NCBI GenBank assembly: GCA_963758495.1 | Contig: CAVWVI010000003.1 | Location: 992,001 to 1,056,000, forward strand | Source: Oligoflexia bacterium | GTDB lineage: Bacteria > Bdellovibrionota > UBA1018 | Direction of reading: 5' to 3' | DNA: 64,000 bases | Part shown: positions 1 to 10,283 of the stretch, piece after piece | Layout of the letters: the number at the start of each line of letters is the position of its first letter | Position numbering within the stretch: the first letter of the stretch is position 1 | Made by a program: the position numbers and the translations under genes | The notes under the pieces: generated by a model | Seen by the model: the letters and a program-made list of their open reading frames with translations, nothing else | Databases searched by the model: none | What the model was told of the DNA's origin: nothing

Positions 1-2
1 CG

Positions 3-923
3 ATCATTAAATTAACCCATTCGGATTTAGTTCATTCGACAATGGCATATGGTGCCCTTTACGGAGCAATCGCAGCGCAATTTTGTAACGTTCCACACAT
101 TTGGTACCAACATGGACCGGTAACTGGATGGATTGATACTCTTGCTGAACTCTTGCCTTCAAAATTAATTTTAGTAAACTCTATTCATACATTAAATCGG
201 CAAAAATCGCTTCACTCATCACTTAAAAAATTGATCAGTAAGCAAAAAACACTTGAAATTATTTACCCCGGAACAGATCTACAGCTACAATTAAGTGATC
301 ACGATCAAATAGAAACCAGATTAAACCTCAGAAAACAATGGGGATTTAATCAGAATGATTTTATAATTGGGCTAATTTGTCGCCCCCAAAAACAAAAGGG
401 AATCCATTTATTTATAGAAGCTTTTCAGAAGCTCGTCAATTCCTCTTCAAATAGCAATATTTATGGAATGATAGTGGGCGGCTCTTCTCACGAAGAGACT
501 TTAACTCAATATGAGATCAAAATTCACACTCAAGCGATTCCCTTAAATGACCGGATTCGCTTCATTCCAGCCACTTCATATCCAATCTATTCAATATTGA
601 CAATGGATCTTTTGGTCAGTTCATCCATATCGCCTGAAGGATTTGGCTTAACCCTAATTGAAGCTATGAGTATGAAAAAAGCCGTATTGGCACCTGCAGA
701 AGGAGGTCCACTCGATATCATAACGGATGGAACCAACGGCTTGCTTTATACACCTAGAGATTCTAGCGAACTCTATAAATTAATGGAAAAATTATTTAAG
801 GATTCTGAACTTCGTTACAATCTTGGACTTAATGCTTACAAAACAGTAATTTCGCGTTTCAATGTCCAACAGACAGTCTCTAAACTAGAAACTGTCTACC
901 GTGGGATATTGGAAACGAGTTGA
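3..923 (+). CDS. GT4 family glycosyltransferase (5' end outside window)
   Basis: Frame is open from window start; GT-B motifs 'KQKGIHLFIEA' and 'PEGFGLTLIEAM' (EX7E). Confidence 0.9.
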   Translation: MIKLTHSDLVHSTMAYGALYGAIAAQFCNVPHIWYQHGPVTGWIDTLAELLPSKLILVNSIHTLNRQKSLHSSLKKLISKQKTLEIIYPGTDLQLQLSDHDQIETRLNLRKQWGFNQNDFIIGLICRPQKQKGIHLFIEAFQKLVNSSSNSNIYGMIVGGSSHEETLTQYEIKIHTQAIPLNDRIRFIPATSYPIYSILTMDLLVSSSISPEGFGLTLIEAMSMKKAVLAPAEGGPLDIITDGTNGLLYTPRDSSELYKLMEKLFKDSELRYNLGLNAYKTVISRFNVQQTVSKLETVYRGILETS

Positions 924-2066
924 GTTACAATTTTGGACCATGAAAATCTACTCTCATAGCTTTTCTTCGCAGCTAATCCTAATCTCTCTAGTTCCAAGGG
1001 ATCAGACAATAAAGTTACTGCACACTCTTTGTAATCAGTGGATAGAATTTACCGGGAGTGCGACACAAAAGTCGTTCCAAGGAATGGAATTGCCACTTGC
1101 GCATCCCAAGTTCGTTAAGACAGTTTTCCCATGTGAGAATGAAGCCATAGCCGAGCCTCGCCGAGTAGAAATCCCGTCCATAAAGGGAGCAAGGACTAAA
1201 TCAGCCGCATTAAGCCAGTCCGAGACTTGAAGAGGCGGCAGATAATGAAAAACTTTAACTCCATTTAAAGCTTCAATTTCTTCTTTTGTTTTGAAATTTC
1301 CCGCTAACACTTCAAACTTTGTCCCAATGCAGATCAATTTCACTGCATTCGTCCCAAATCTCACCCTTGTTTGTAAAAATGCAGCTTTAATATGTTCGAT
1401 GAGATGAGTTGGATGAAGACCTCCAAAATATAATAAAATTTTCAGTTGAGGATCAATGCCCACCTTGAGTTTTGCTTGCCGCGTGCCTAACGCTGAAGCC
1501 AATGAAGATTCATTAGCTTCAATATTGGCACCCACTGGAAGCCAATGAATACTGCGTTTCCAAAAGAACATTTTAGAAATTCGCTTCCAAAATAATTCTG
1601 TACTCATAAAAAGAGCATGAGCGGTGCATGCTAAGACAGCGAATTGGATGACTTGAGGGACACCTAACAATAAACCTCTCAGTGACAAACCTACAGGATA
1701 ATTCATTTCATGGACTATAATGATAATAGGTTTTTTAAGTAAAACTTTTAGTTTTCTCACCCATAACGAAAACCTAAAATGATTTCCAAAAGTCTCAGGT
1801 GCAATACTTTGTGGCGTATATTGAATAATAAACGCATCCGGTGCCCATCGCACAATATCCTGCATAATATTTCTTAGAGCTTTAGATCTCCAAGGCTGAG
1901 CAAAAGAACGTAATTCGACCTTAGAAGTTTTTACGGGAAAGGCTTCAGCAGTCCATACTGCCACTACATGACCTTGATGGGAAAGCTCAGTCGCCACTTT
2001 AAAAGTGTGATCTCCCAACCCTGAACACTGAGGAGGATAATCACCTGCAAGAATACCGATTTTCAT
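896..2066 (-). CDS. GT4 family glycosyltransferase, one frameshift at ~1038-1049
   Basis: ORF 1035..2066 has 'YPPQCSGLGDHT' and 'ADLVLAPFMDGISTRRGS'. The typical GT4 tail (TDYKECAVTLLSDPLELERLGLAAKKSYESRFSWSKIV) continues in another frame to TAG at 896-898. Confidence 0.85.
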
Positions 2067-2593
2067 GGATGCTGAATGAGAAGGTAGCTCACGGCTACAA
2101 TTGATAAAACGCTGGAGACCAAGCTAATTAAAGTCGAAGTATCAGAACTAATAATAGGTTTTTTAACAGGTATTACAACCACATCATTAGCTTCAAGGAT
2201 GGGACTCTCTTTTCCCGTATTTTTGATGAGGTCCTCAATATTGACAAGTATCAATTTTTCCTTCCCGTCTGTCCATCGTTTAATAAACGCATCATGTAAT
2301 TGCGCTAATTCTGTGGGTCCCCCCGCATAAGACAGTAAGGTAATGAGATCCGTCTGAGTCGGCACAAAGTGAATTCCTGATTTTCCAACTGCACCCCATA
2401 GATTAATTTTCATGAGAACCGCACCGGGGTAGTCTCCTGATACATATTCACTTCCAGAACTTCCTCGAGTAGCACCGAGTTCTTTTGATAAGGTTAAACC
2501 AGATGTAAGGTCTTGAGCAAATAAATCATAACCTATCAGTGAAAATACTACTTGAATGATTAAGACTTTTTTTACAAAATTTTTAAATTTCAT
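2063..2593 (-). CDS. Short SLBB-domain polysaccharide export (Wza-like) protein
   Basis: Signal peptide; SLBB-like 'INLWGAVGKSG...LLSYAGGPT...ILEANDVVVIP'; C-terminal hydrophobic helix; adjacent to wzc. Confidence 0.75.
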   Translation of the reverse strand: MKFKNFVKKVLIIQVVFSLIGYDLFAQDLTSGLTLSKELGATRGSSGSEYVSGDYPGAVLMKINLWGAVGKSGIHFVPTQTDLITLLSYAGGPTELAQLHDAFIKRWTDGKEKLILVNIEDLIKNTGKESPILEANDVVVIPVKKPIISSDTSTLISLVSSVLSIVAVSYLLIQHP

Positions 2594-2609
2594 ATTTTAA
2601 CTCATATTT

Positions 2610-4922
2610 TCAGCTTACTTTATTTTGCTCCTCATGACCGGTAATAACGTAAGGTAAATATTCATGGGCCATTACTGGAACTTTATTTAATATAGAATAT
2701 GCTCGTTTTCGACTAATTTGGAATATTTTTCTATGAGCCATAAGTAAAGCTGATTTCTTAGTCTCACGATAACTGACCACCGCTATGACGAGATCGCTTA
2801 TGGAAGCCATAATGGGAGCATCAGCGACATAAACTGCAGGTGGTGCATCTAAAATAATGTAATCATAAATACTACCAAAATGACTTAACAGTTGCTTAAA
2901 GTTATCACTCCCAATCAATTCCGTGGGATTTTGATGATCCACGCCTGCTGGCATAATATCTAGACCTTTAGTTTTGGTATGTATAATGAAATCTTCAATT
3001 TTTGCATTATCCGATGATAATATTGAAGTTAAACCTTCTCCAACCTTTAAATTAAAGTATTTGTGAACTGTCGGATTTCTCAAATCACAGTCCATAAGAA
3101 TAACCTTTTTATTTGCTCTTGCCATGGAAACAGCCAAATTAGACGCAATAAATGTTTTACCATTATGCCTATCAACGCCTGTTACTGTAATACTACGAAT
3201 AGGAATGCCCTGCGAATTCACTTGAACTCGAATTTGTTCTCTCACGTACTTAAAAGCCATCGATTCAACCGAATTTGGCCGAGTATCGCACACCAACAGA
3301 TCCGTATTCACTTCTCCAGATTTAAGTAACTTACCTAACTTTGAATCTACATAGGGAATATTACCCAAAATTGTCAAATCACATTCTTCAATGTTAGAAC
3401 CATGTTTGATTGTAGTGTTCACGAGTTCAAGCAGTGCAATCGCAATAGACCCCAAAAAGGTTCCCGTAAAAGCTGCGAAAATCATCCTTAAAAGTAAGTT
3501 AATTTTTTTCTCACGTGGAGCAGCTCTCGAAGACTCATCGACTCGAACCGGAGCTTTCACGGCAAGTCTTTGAATGTCTATTTCTTGTAACTTTTTCTTC
3601 AATGAGGAGTACAGTTCATACTCTAACTTCAAGGCTTCAGTTCGACTAAATATTTCTTGCTCAATTTTTGGTAAATGAGAAAGGGATTTTACTACAGTGT
3701 CCTTGGCATTTTGTAACGCAGCTAGTTGAGTCTGAATTATTTTATTTGAGTTATTAAGCTCACCAATCTTCCCTTGCGTTAGGGTAGTATTTATGGGTAG
3801 TTCTTCGTCAAGTGTATTATCAATAGCTCCTATTTGACTCCTCAAATTTTTCACGATTACGTTGATGGCCTCATTTATCTCTACAATTTTGCTGTCTTTC
3901 TCACTGAATCCCTGAGAACTGAGTAAATACTTCTGTCTTCTCAAATTATCTAATCGACGTGATAGAATTCGAGGATCTGAATCCGATAGAGCTGAATCCA
4001 CCTTACCATTCAATATTGCTTCACTATTCTTATATATTTGATTAGTATAATATTTTATTAAATTTTTATTCTGTTCCATCTTTAAATTAGCCGCACCAAT
4101 CTGGCTTTCAACTTCTTTTAGCTGTTCGGCAGATATTTTCTCACCACCTTCAAAAGTCATAAACCCATTAGACTTCTTAAATTTTACCATTTCCTGTTCA
4201 TCAAGACTCACTTTATTTTCTGTTTCCTTCATTCTTTCCTGAAGAAATTTTCTCATCTCATTAAGTTCATTTTGGTCTTGTGCAGTTGTGATTTTAGAAA
4301 ACGTATCTGCCATTACGTTAGCTAGAATAATAGACGTCGTTGGATCAAACGTTTTCACAGTAATTGTAATAATCTGTATTCCATCAGTATCAATAGTTGT
4401 CGAGTCTTCTAATATCGCGGCAAGCCAGGTGATGTGCTTACTGATTAGGTCAACATGCTGCTTTTCTTTCAATTCAGAGAAGCTTTGGCCTCCAAACCGT
4501 ACTCTCCAAAATTTTTTATGGAAAAGACTTAATTCGTCAGGCTGTGTCAAATTTAAAGATAAATAAAAGGGATGCTGAACTAACGCTTGAGCAGCAGCAC
4601 GATAGAAGGCGGTTGATTTCAAATGAGAAATATGCTTTTGAATCTCCTGAGTATTATCTTGTCCATAATTTGCAAAAGTAGATAAGTCGCCGATCCCTAC
4701 TTTTGACAAAGGATTCTCCCTCTGACCAATCACTTCGATCTTTGAAGTAGCAGTATATGCAGGAATATAGAGAAGATGACTAATAATACTTCCAATAACA
4801 GCCATAACTACGCAAATAATCAATAGTTTACGATGTGAATTAAGAATTTGGACAATTTCAAGGAGATGCATCCGCTCCCCTTGACTTGAAGAAATCCCAG
4901 AAGAATCCTTAGGCACGCTCAT
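2610..4922 (-). CDS. wzc: Polysaccharide co-polymerase / BY-kinase (Wzc/GumC family)
   Basis: Two TM segments flanking a coiled-coil domain; Walker A 'HNGKT', A' 'DCDLR', B 'ILDAPP'. Confidence 0.9.
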   Translation of the reverse strand: MSVPKDSSGISSSQGERMHLLEIVQILNSHRKLLIICVVMAVIGSIISHLLYIPAYTATSKIEVIGQRENPLSKVGIGDLSTFANYGQDNTQEIQKHISHLKSTAFYRAAAQALVQHPFYLSLNLTQPDELSLFHKKFWRVRFGGQSFSELKEKQHVDLISKHITWLAAILEDSTTIDTDGIQIITITVKTFDPTTSIILANVMADTFSKITTAQDQNELNEMRKFLQERMKETENKVSLDEQEMVKFKKSNGFMTFEGGEKISAEQLKEVESQIGAANLKMEQNKNLIKYYTNQIYKNSEAILNGKVDSALSDSDPRILSRRLDNLRRQKYLLSSQGFSEKDSKIVEINEAINVIVKNLRSQIGAIDNTLDEELPINTTLTQGKIGELNNSNKIIQTQLAALQNAKDTVVKSLSHLPKIEQEIFSRTEALKLEYELYSSLKKKLQEIDIQRLAVKAPVRVDESSRAAPREKKINLLLRMIFAAFTGTFLGSIAIALLELVNTTIKHGSNIEECDLTILGNIPYVDSKLGKLLKSGEVNTDLLVCDTRPNSVESMAFKYVREQIRVQVNSQGIPIRSITVTGVDRHNGKTFIASNLAVSMARANKKVILMDCDLRNPTVHKYFNLKVGEGLTSILSSDNAKIEDFIIHTKTKGLDIMPAGVDHQNPTELIGSDNFKQLLSHFGSIYDYIILDAPPAVYVADAPIMASISDLVIAVVSYRETKKSALLMAHRKIFQISRKRAYSILNKVPVMAHEYLPYVITGHEEQNKVS

Positions 4923-4994
4923 TAAAATACTTCCTCCATTCCAAATGTCGGAGAAATATTATATAATATTTAATTTTTATTATTTATTTTACTC

Positions 4995-6506
4995 ATGTCT
5001 TCTTCAGTCATGCCGAAAAGTGATTTAGACATGTATAAACTTCTGATTCAATTATGCATCAGCACCCTGCTCCTTGGAATTATAGTCCAGTTTTTTAACG
5101 TCAAAATAGCAAACCATTTTAAATGGTTGGATATTCCATCGGCAAGAAGAAGACACCCAAGCCCTACTCCCGTCACAGGTGGCGTAGGTGTGATTATTAC
5201 CTGGTTTTTAGGTTTGATTATCTTTTATTTCATTGAACCAAACTGGATTACCCAACATTTACCATCGATTTATATTTTTGCAGCGTGCACTGTTGCCCTT
5301 GTCATATTAGGACTTATTGACGACCTTAGAGGTCTATCTCCTTTTTGGAAACTCTTGATCCAAACATTGATTGCAAGTTCTGTAATTTTATTCGAGCCCC
5401 AAATACATGATCTCTGTATTCACTGGTCATCATTAATCGGTTTTTTGATCTGGCCGTTGGCGATCTTATGGATTGTCGGCATTACAAATTCAATTAACCT
5501 GATCGATGGTTTAGATGGGTTAGCAGGCGGCACTTCCTTTCTTGTTTTATCTTCAATTACATTTTTATGCCTCACGGTCCGAAATCAAAATACTGAAGTT
5601 ACATTGGTAATCGTAGTACCCTTAATAGCTTCAATCCTGTCGTTTTTACGAATCAATTGGAACAAAGCAAAAGTCTTTCTAGGCGATAATGGGAGTCTTC
5701 CTTTAGGGTTTTTAATTTCCATTACAAGTCTTTTATGCCACCCACCGTCAAAATCATGGATCATGATTGCCTCTATTATTTTAATGTTGGGATATCCAAT
5801 TTTAGACATGGGACTTGCCGTCCTACGTCGCTACCGAAAGCACCAGCCCCTATTTAAAGCCGATCGAAATCATTTACATTATCGTATTCAAAGACTTGGA
5901 TTAGATGTCAGACAAACCGCCATACTTCTTTTAAGCATTGGCTTACTCCTACAATTCACCTCCATTGGTATTAACTTTTTACCTCCAAGCTACGCTGCCC
6001 TTGGAATAGTAGCGACTCTTTGTAGCATTATGACGATGCTACATTTGATCTATTCGATTGAAGCTGATCGAGTAAATAAAATTTTTGACAGTCTACGGAA
6101 CAGAAAAGAAAAGCCATTAGGTATCTCATCAATCACCTATCCAGTCATTCATATTGAAATCGACACTTTACTAGAAGCAGGCTTGTTAGAAGAATTGAAA
6201 CGTTACCAAGGACTTATTGACTCTCTCTATGCTTTAATCGGATCGATCATTAGGAGGGAGGACCTTTTATTTTTTTCCGATCACGAGATTTCTATTGTTT
6301 TGATTTCCAGTCAAGACCAGGCGGACATTAACGCTGTCACCAATAGACTCAAAACTAAGATCAGTGGTTTTCTCGAACTCTACGAGCTACAATGTTCGCT
6401 GGCTTCCATACCTATTCGAACAGATAGGATTTCAACAGTACTTTCAGAGGGAATACTTAACTTTAAAGATGGAAAATCGACTTTTCATCTAAAGAAAGCT
6501 GGCTAA
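4995..6506 (+). CDS. MraY/WecA family undecaprenyl-phosphate HexNAc-1-P transferase with C-terminal degenerate GGDEF-like extension
   Basis: 'GLIDD', 'NSINLIDGLDGLA', 'VFLGDNGS', 'ADRNHLH' motifs; about 140 extra soluble residues at the C-terminus. Start may be ATG 5031. Confidence 0.9.
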   Translation: MSSSVMPKSDLDMYKLLIQLCISTLLLGIIVQFFNVKIANHFKWLDIPSARRRHPSPTPVTGGVGVIITWFLGLIIFYFIEPNWITQHLPSIYIFAACTVALVILGLIDDLRGLSPFWKLLIQTLIASSVILFEPQIHDLCIHWSSLIGFLIWPLAILWIVGITNSINLIDGLDGLAGGTSFLVLSSITFLCLTVRNQNTEVTLVIVVPLIASILSFLRINWNKAKVFLGDNGSLPLGFLISITSLLCHPPSKSWIMIASIILMLGYPILDMGLAVLRRYRKHQPLFKADRNHLHYRIQRLGLDVRQTAILLLSIGLLLQFTSIGINFLPPSYAALGIVATLCSIMTMLHLIYSIEADRVNKIFDSLRNRKEKPLGISSITYPVIHIEIDTLLEAGLLEELKRYQGLIDSLYALIGSIIRREDLLFFSDHEISIVLISSQDQADINAVTNRLKTKISGFLELYELQCSLASIPIRTDRISTVLSEGILNFKDGKSTFHLKKAG

Positions 6507-6511
6507 TTAAA

Positions 6512-6539
6512 TTGACTTAATTAATTCAAATAATAGAAT
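6512..6539 (+). promoter_or_regulatory. Putative sigma70 promoter (TTGACT-16-TAGAAT)
   Basis: Near-consensus -35/-10 just upstream of ATG 6543/6546; no SD visible. Confidence 0.5.
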
Positions 6540-6542
6540 TAA

Positions 6543-6953
6543 ATGATGCGGATTTTAATTGTGGAAGATGACTTAGCCCTTCAAACTGAGCTTACAAAGT
6601 TACTCACTACCATTGATTCATCTATATCAGCTGAAAGCGCGGATAATGTCGATGAAACCATTAGCTTAATGGAAAGTCAGCAGTTAAATCCTCATTTTGG
6701 ATATGATCTTATTTTGGCAGATGTATCTGTCCAGGGTCAATCAAATGGCTTCGATTTGTGGAAGGTTTGCTCTAAGCTTTATCCAAAAACATATTTTGTA
6801 TTTATGTCAGGTATCTCTGCTGGAGAATTTCTTGAAAAAATAAAGAATGATCCAAGATGCCCTCCATTTTTAAACAAACCCTTTACTTTACGTGAGATTA
6901 AAAAACTGGTTAACGATGTCTTAGAACAGAAAATTGAATTTCTTAGAAACTAA
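6543..6953 (+). CDS. Single-domain response regulator (receiver)
   Basis: 'ILIVEDD', 'LILAD', 'FMSG', 'NKPF'. Confidence 0.9.
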   Translation: MMRILIVEDDLALQTELTKLLTTIDSSISAESADNVDETISLMESQQLNPHFGYDLILADVSVQGQSNGFDLWKVCSKLYPKTYFVFMSGISAGEFLEKIKNDPRCPPFLNKPFTLREIKKLVNDVLEQKIEFLRN

Positions 6954-7014
6954 AAAAGTAACCCTTATCTCTAAGCTACAATAAATAATATTCTTCTAAA
7001 AGTGGAGAAAAGAA

Positions 7015-7644
7015 ATGCCAACAAGTCAGCATTACCAAGTTTCTAAAATTCTCGATCTTTTAGTGCAACTTAATCCTCAATCCATATTAGATATAGGAAC
7101 TGGCTTTGGAAAATATGGCCTTCTCAGTCGTGAATATTTAGAACTTTGGAGCCCAGAAGAAAAATATGGAACTTTTCAACGGATAGTCGATGGGATAGAA
7201 ATTTTTGAAGGCTATCTCACACCAGTACATAAATATGTGTATAATAAGGTTTATATAGGAAATGCTAGCAATGTTGTGAAAACATTAACTACACGATATG
7301 AGCTTACGCTCTTGATTGATGTTCTAGAGCATTTCGAGAAAGACGCGGGTGCCTGCCTGATTCAAGACATTTTTAAAATCAGTAAAAATTTAATTATTTC
7401 AGTACCAAAAGATCTAGGTGATCAAGGAACGACTTTTGAAAATGAGTATGAAAAACACCTCACACAATGGACTGCTCCTGAGTTACTCCAAATGGCCCCA
7501 GGGAATGGATTTTCAATTTCGGATCGGATGAGCCATATTGTATTTTTAAGTATCGAATCAGATCTGGCCCGGTTAAAAAGAGTTTTTAATCCATCGATCT
7601 TGGTGAAAGCGAAACGCGCATTTTCAGAAATAGTAAGAAAATAA
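7015..7644 (+). CDS. Class I SAM-dependent methyltransferase
   Basis: 'ILDIGTGFG', 'DVLEHF'; lies in the polysaccharide locus. Confidence 0.85.
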   Translation: MPTSQHYQVSKILDLLVQLNPQSILDIGTGFGKYGLLSREYLELWSPEEKYGTFQRIVDGIEIFEGYLTPVHKYVYNKVYIGNASNVVKTLTTRYELTLLIDVLEHFEKDAGACLIQDIFKISKNLIISVPKDLGDQGTTFENEYEKHLTQWTAPELLQMAPGNGFSISDRMSHIVFLSIESDLARLKRVFNPSILVKAKRAFSEIVRK

Positions 7645-7671
7645 ACTTTTGTGCTTGCACGTCTGAGCGAG

Positions 7672-9408
7672 TTACTTGATTTTATCATTTTTAGGAAGAA
7701 TTTTCCAGATCTGCCAGAATGGACCCTCTTGTATGCGCACCCAACCTGATTTCAAATAAGCAGGGGCTTCGATCTTTGCATCTAGGGCTACATATTGGAC
7801 TTTAAAGCGCACTAAAGACTGGTCAAACTTTTTTGAAATCTCAGTATAGCTTTGGATTCTCTCTTGTAAGAGTTCGTCTCTACCCGAGATTTTTCGAAAC
7901 CAAGGCCCCCAAACCAAGTCTTTCAAGATGATCGTTTGAGCCTTAATAAAACTCTCCTGGGATTGACCCAATAAAATACCATTCAATGCGATGCGATCAT
8001 TCCACTCCAAGTGAGTAACGGTGGGACTGACCATTACAAAATAGGAATCAAGTGGTCTTTGATCTTCCAGAACCGACGCAAAGGAGAGAAATGTTTCATC
8101 ACCTGCCAGAACTGAATTTTGTTTCAAGGGAGGCACTGAAGCTTGAACTCTTTGTTGCTGGTAGTGAACCAACTGCCCCATCAGAAAAGAGGATTGGCTA
8201 CTTCTAGTGACTTCCTGTTTTCTAATCCATAAACCCACACAGAGCTGACTTACGACTAACACCAGAATTCCAGTTTTTAGCCATTCTCCCGAGATCTTTA
8301 ATTTTTTTATTTCATCGAAAAAAAGAAGTAATAAAAGAATCCCAAGAAAGGGACTCCAATAGTAATTCCAGTGAAAATTTTGAATCTGAAGATGACTGAA
8401 AATCTGATGATTGAGAAGTAATAAACCCGCTAGTGCATTTGCCCAAAGAAACCTCAAATCACTTCTTCGTTTCCAAACCCAATAGAATGCAATAAGTAGA
8501 AGCGTGGGTCCAACTTTAGGAAAAATCAGCTCACTGAAGCGATCAATGGGTAAAAACATATCCGCTCGTTGAAGCCAATCAGGCGATGTTGCCAGCTTCA
8601 AAAGGTAATGTTTTAAGAAGAACGGGAATCCGAATAAGCATCCGATCCAAGTAATTTTAAAATAAGTTTTCCAGTGCCGAGAGTCGAATACCCAGCTCAG
8701 AAGAAGGCCTAAAAGGGCTGCCGTCCAAAAATAGAAATAAACATGAAATAATAAACCCAACCCTAGTCCTGCAAGAACCACTCTGGCTGTATTAGGCTTT
8801 TCTCGAGCTCTGATTACAAGCCAAATATACAATTGAAGAAAAAACCAACTTAAACCCGGAGTAATAATTCTCCACTCTGGATGAAGTAAAAGCGGAGTTT
8901 CTAAATAAACTCTATTATGACGGACTACTGCTTCAAAAACGATCCAAAACTGCTTAAAAAACAACTTACCTTCGAGCAAACAAGACTCAGACAAAAGAAA
9001 AATTGCAAATGCACAGCTCCACCATCGATTACGGAGATAATGCTGAAAAATGAGATACCAGCCAAGTCCAATAGAGAGTCCCGCTAGACTTCTCCACACC
9101 AGACTGATCCCCAGTGAACCCAAGCCAAATAAATAGGCCAGAAAGGTACCAGGAAAGAGCTGAGCCCAGGGATACATAGTGGGCTTAGGCTCCGAAAACA
9201 TGGGATCTGTGAAGAAAAAAGGATGATGATGGTAAGCCTGAGCCGCAGTGTTTAAATAGATAGCAAGCTCATCTGTATCTGTTATCCAAAAAAAAGAACC
9301 TGTGTAAAAGCCCATGATCAGATGAGGAAGAGTGGAGATCAAACAGCCCACGATAAGAACCAATAAAAGAGGAAGAACAGTGTCCTGACTCAGTTTTTTA
9401 CTCAGCAT
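7672..9408 (-). CDS. Polytopic membrane protein, possibly GT-C-type
   Basis: 578 aa with many TM segments, acidic first loop 'DTDE', soluble C-terminus. Confidence 0.6.
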   Translation of the reverse strand: MLSKKLSQDTVLPLLLVLIVGCLISTLPHLIMGFYTGSFFWITDTDELAIYLNTAAQAYHHHPFFFTDPMFSEPKPTMYPWAQLFPGTFLAYLFGLGSLGISLVWRSLAGLSIGLGWYLIFQHYLRNRWWSCAFAIFLLSESCLLEGKLFFKQFWIVFEAVVRHNRVYLETPLLLHPEWRIITPGLSWFFLQLYIWLVIRAREKPNTARVVLAGLGLGLLFHVYFYFWTAALLGLLLSWVFDSRHWKTYFKITWIGCLFGFPFFLKHYLLKLATSPDWLQRADMFLPIDRFSELIFPKVGPTLLLIAFYWVWKRRSDLRFLWANALAGLLLLNHQIFSHLQIQNFHWNYYWSPFLGILLLLLFFDEIKKLKISGEWLKTGILVLVVSQLCVGLWIRKQEVTRSSQSSFLMGQLVHYQQQRVQASVPPLKQNSVLAGDETFLSFASVLEDQRPLDSYFVMVSPTVTHLEWNDRIALNGILLGQSQESFIKAQTIILKDLVWGPWFRKISGRDELLQERIQSYTEISKKFDQSLVRFKVQYVALDAKIEAPAYLKSGWVRIQEGPFWQIWKILPKNDKIK

Positions 9409-9521
9409 TTAAACAATAAAATATCAAATTTGACCCCACTTGTCTTAATTAAGTTTTGAACACTCCGATAATTAAGTTGTGTCACACATAGTCATTACCG
9501 GTGGAGCAAGTTACATGAGTT

Positions 9522-10283
9522 TTATGATTTATATTTTTCTAAAACTAAAAGGACATTGTAGGCAACTTTAGGACCTAAGGAAATACTCATGTCTATGAAT
9601 TGAATCCTTTTTATAATTTTAAATATGAAATGGGTAAATACCTGCGCACGATAAAATGGAAATAGAACCCAATCAAGTAAAGGTGTCACACCTGTCCCTC
9701 TCCAGCGCAATGTTCGAATTTGAAACCAAGGATGGATCAGTTCTTTTAATTCACGCAAATGAAAGTGATGGTGCCACACTACACCATGTTTTTGCCCTTC
9801 AAAGCCCTGATTTCTTCCTTCTCCCCCTATCCAATTGGAAACTAAATGATAAAGACGAGGTAATCGGAATCTCATATTCGCGGGGTCCATAACGGAAAAA
9901 ATCCCGTTATACGGAACTGTTACAATAAATACTCCTCCGTCTCGCAATACCCTATAAGCTTCTTGAATCACTCGTTGACGTAATTCAGCAGGAATATGCT
10001 CCAGGACTTCACAACATAGAATGACATCAACGCACTTATCCTCAATTGGAATTTCATCGGCAGATCCTTGAAAAATTTGACAATCAAGGACATAGGAAAG
10101 ACGTTTCTTTGCGATTTTAACTGCTTTCGGATTGATTTCAATTCCCCGCAAATGACGAACACCTAACTGATATACAAAGTCAAGGTTTTCGCCTTCATTA
10201 CAACCGATATCCAAAACAGTATCGGAACCTTCCGGTATATAAGATAAAGCATTCCATTTTGGAAAGAGATTATGAGAGTTCAA
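9522..10283 (-). CDS. Class I SAM-dependent methyltransferase
   Basis: 'VLDIGCNEG', 'EVLEHIP', 'RVLRDGG'. Confidence 0.85.
   Translation of the reverse strand: MNSHNLFPKWNALSYIPEGSDTVLDIGCNEGENLDFVYQLGVRHLRGIEINPKAVKIAKKRLSYVLDCQIFQGSADEIPIEDKCVDVILCCEVLEHIPAELRQRVIQEAYRVLRDGGVFIVTVPYNGIFSVMDPANMRFRLPRLYHLVSNWIGGEGRNQGFEGQKHGVVWHHHFHLRELKELIHPWFQIRTLRWRGTGVTPLLDWVLFPFYRAQVFTHFIFKIIKRIQFIDMSISLGPKVAYNVLLVLEKYKS

Noticed and set aside
901..1230. 109-aa + strand ORF
   Set aside because: Antisense shadow of the GT4 C-terminus.
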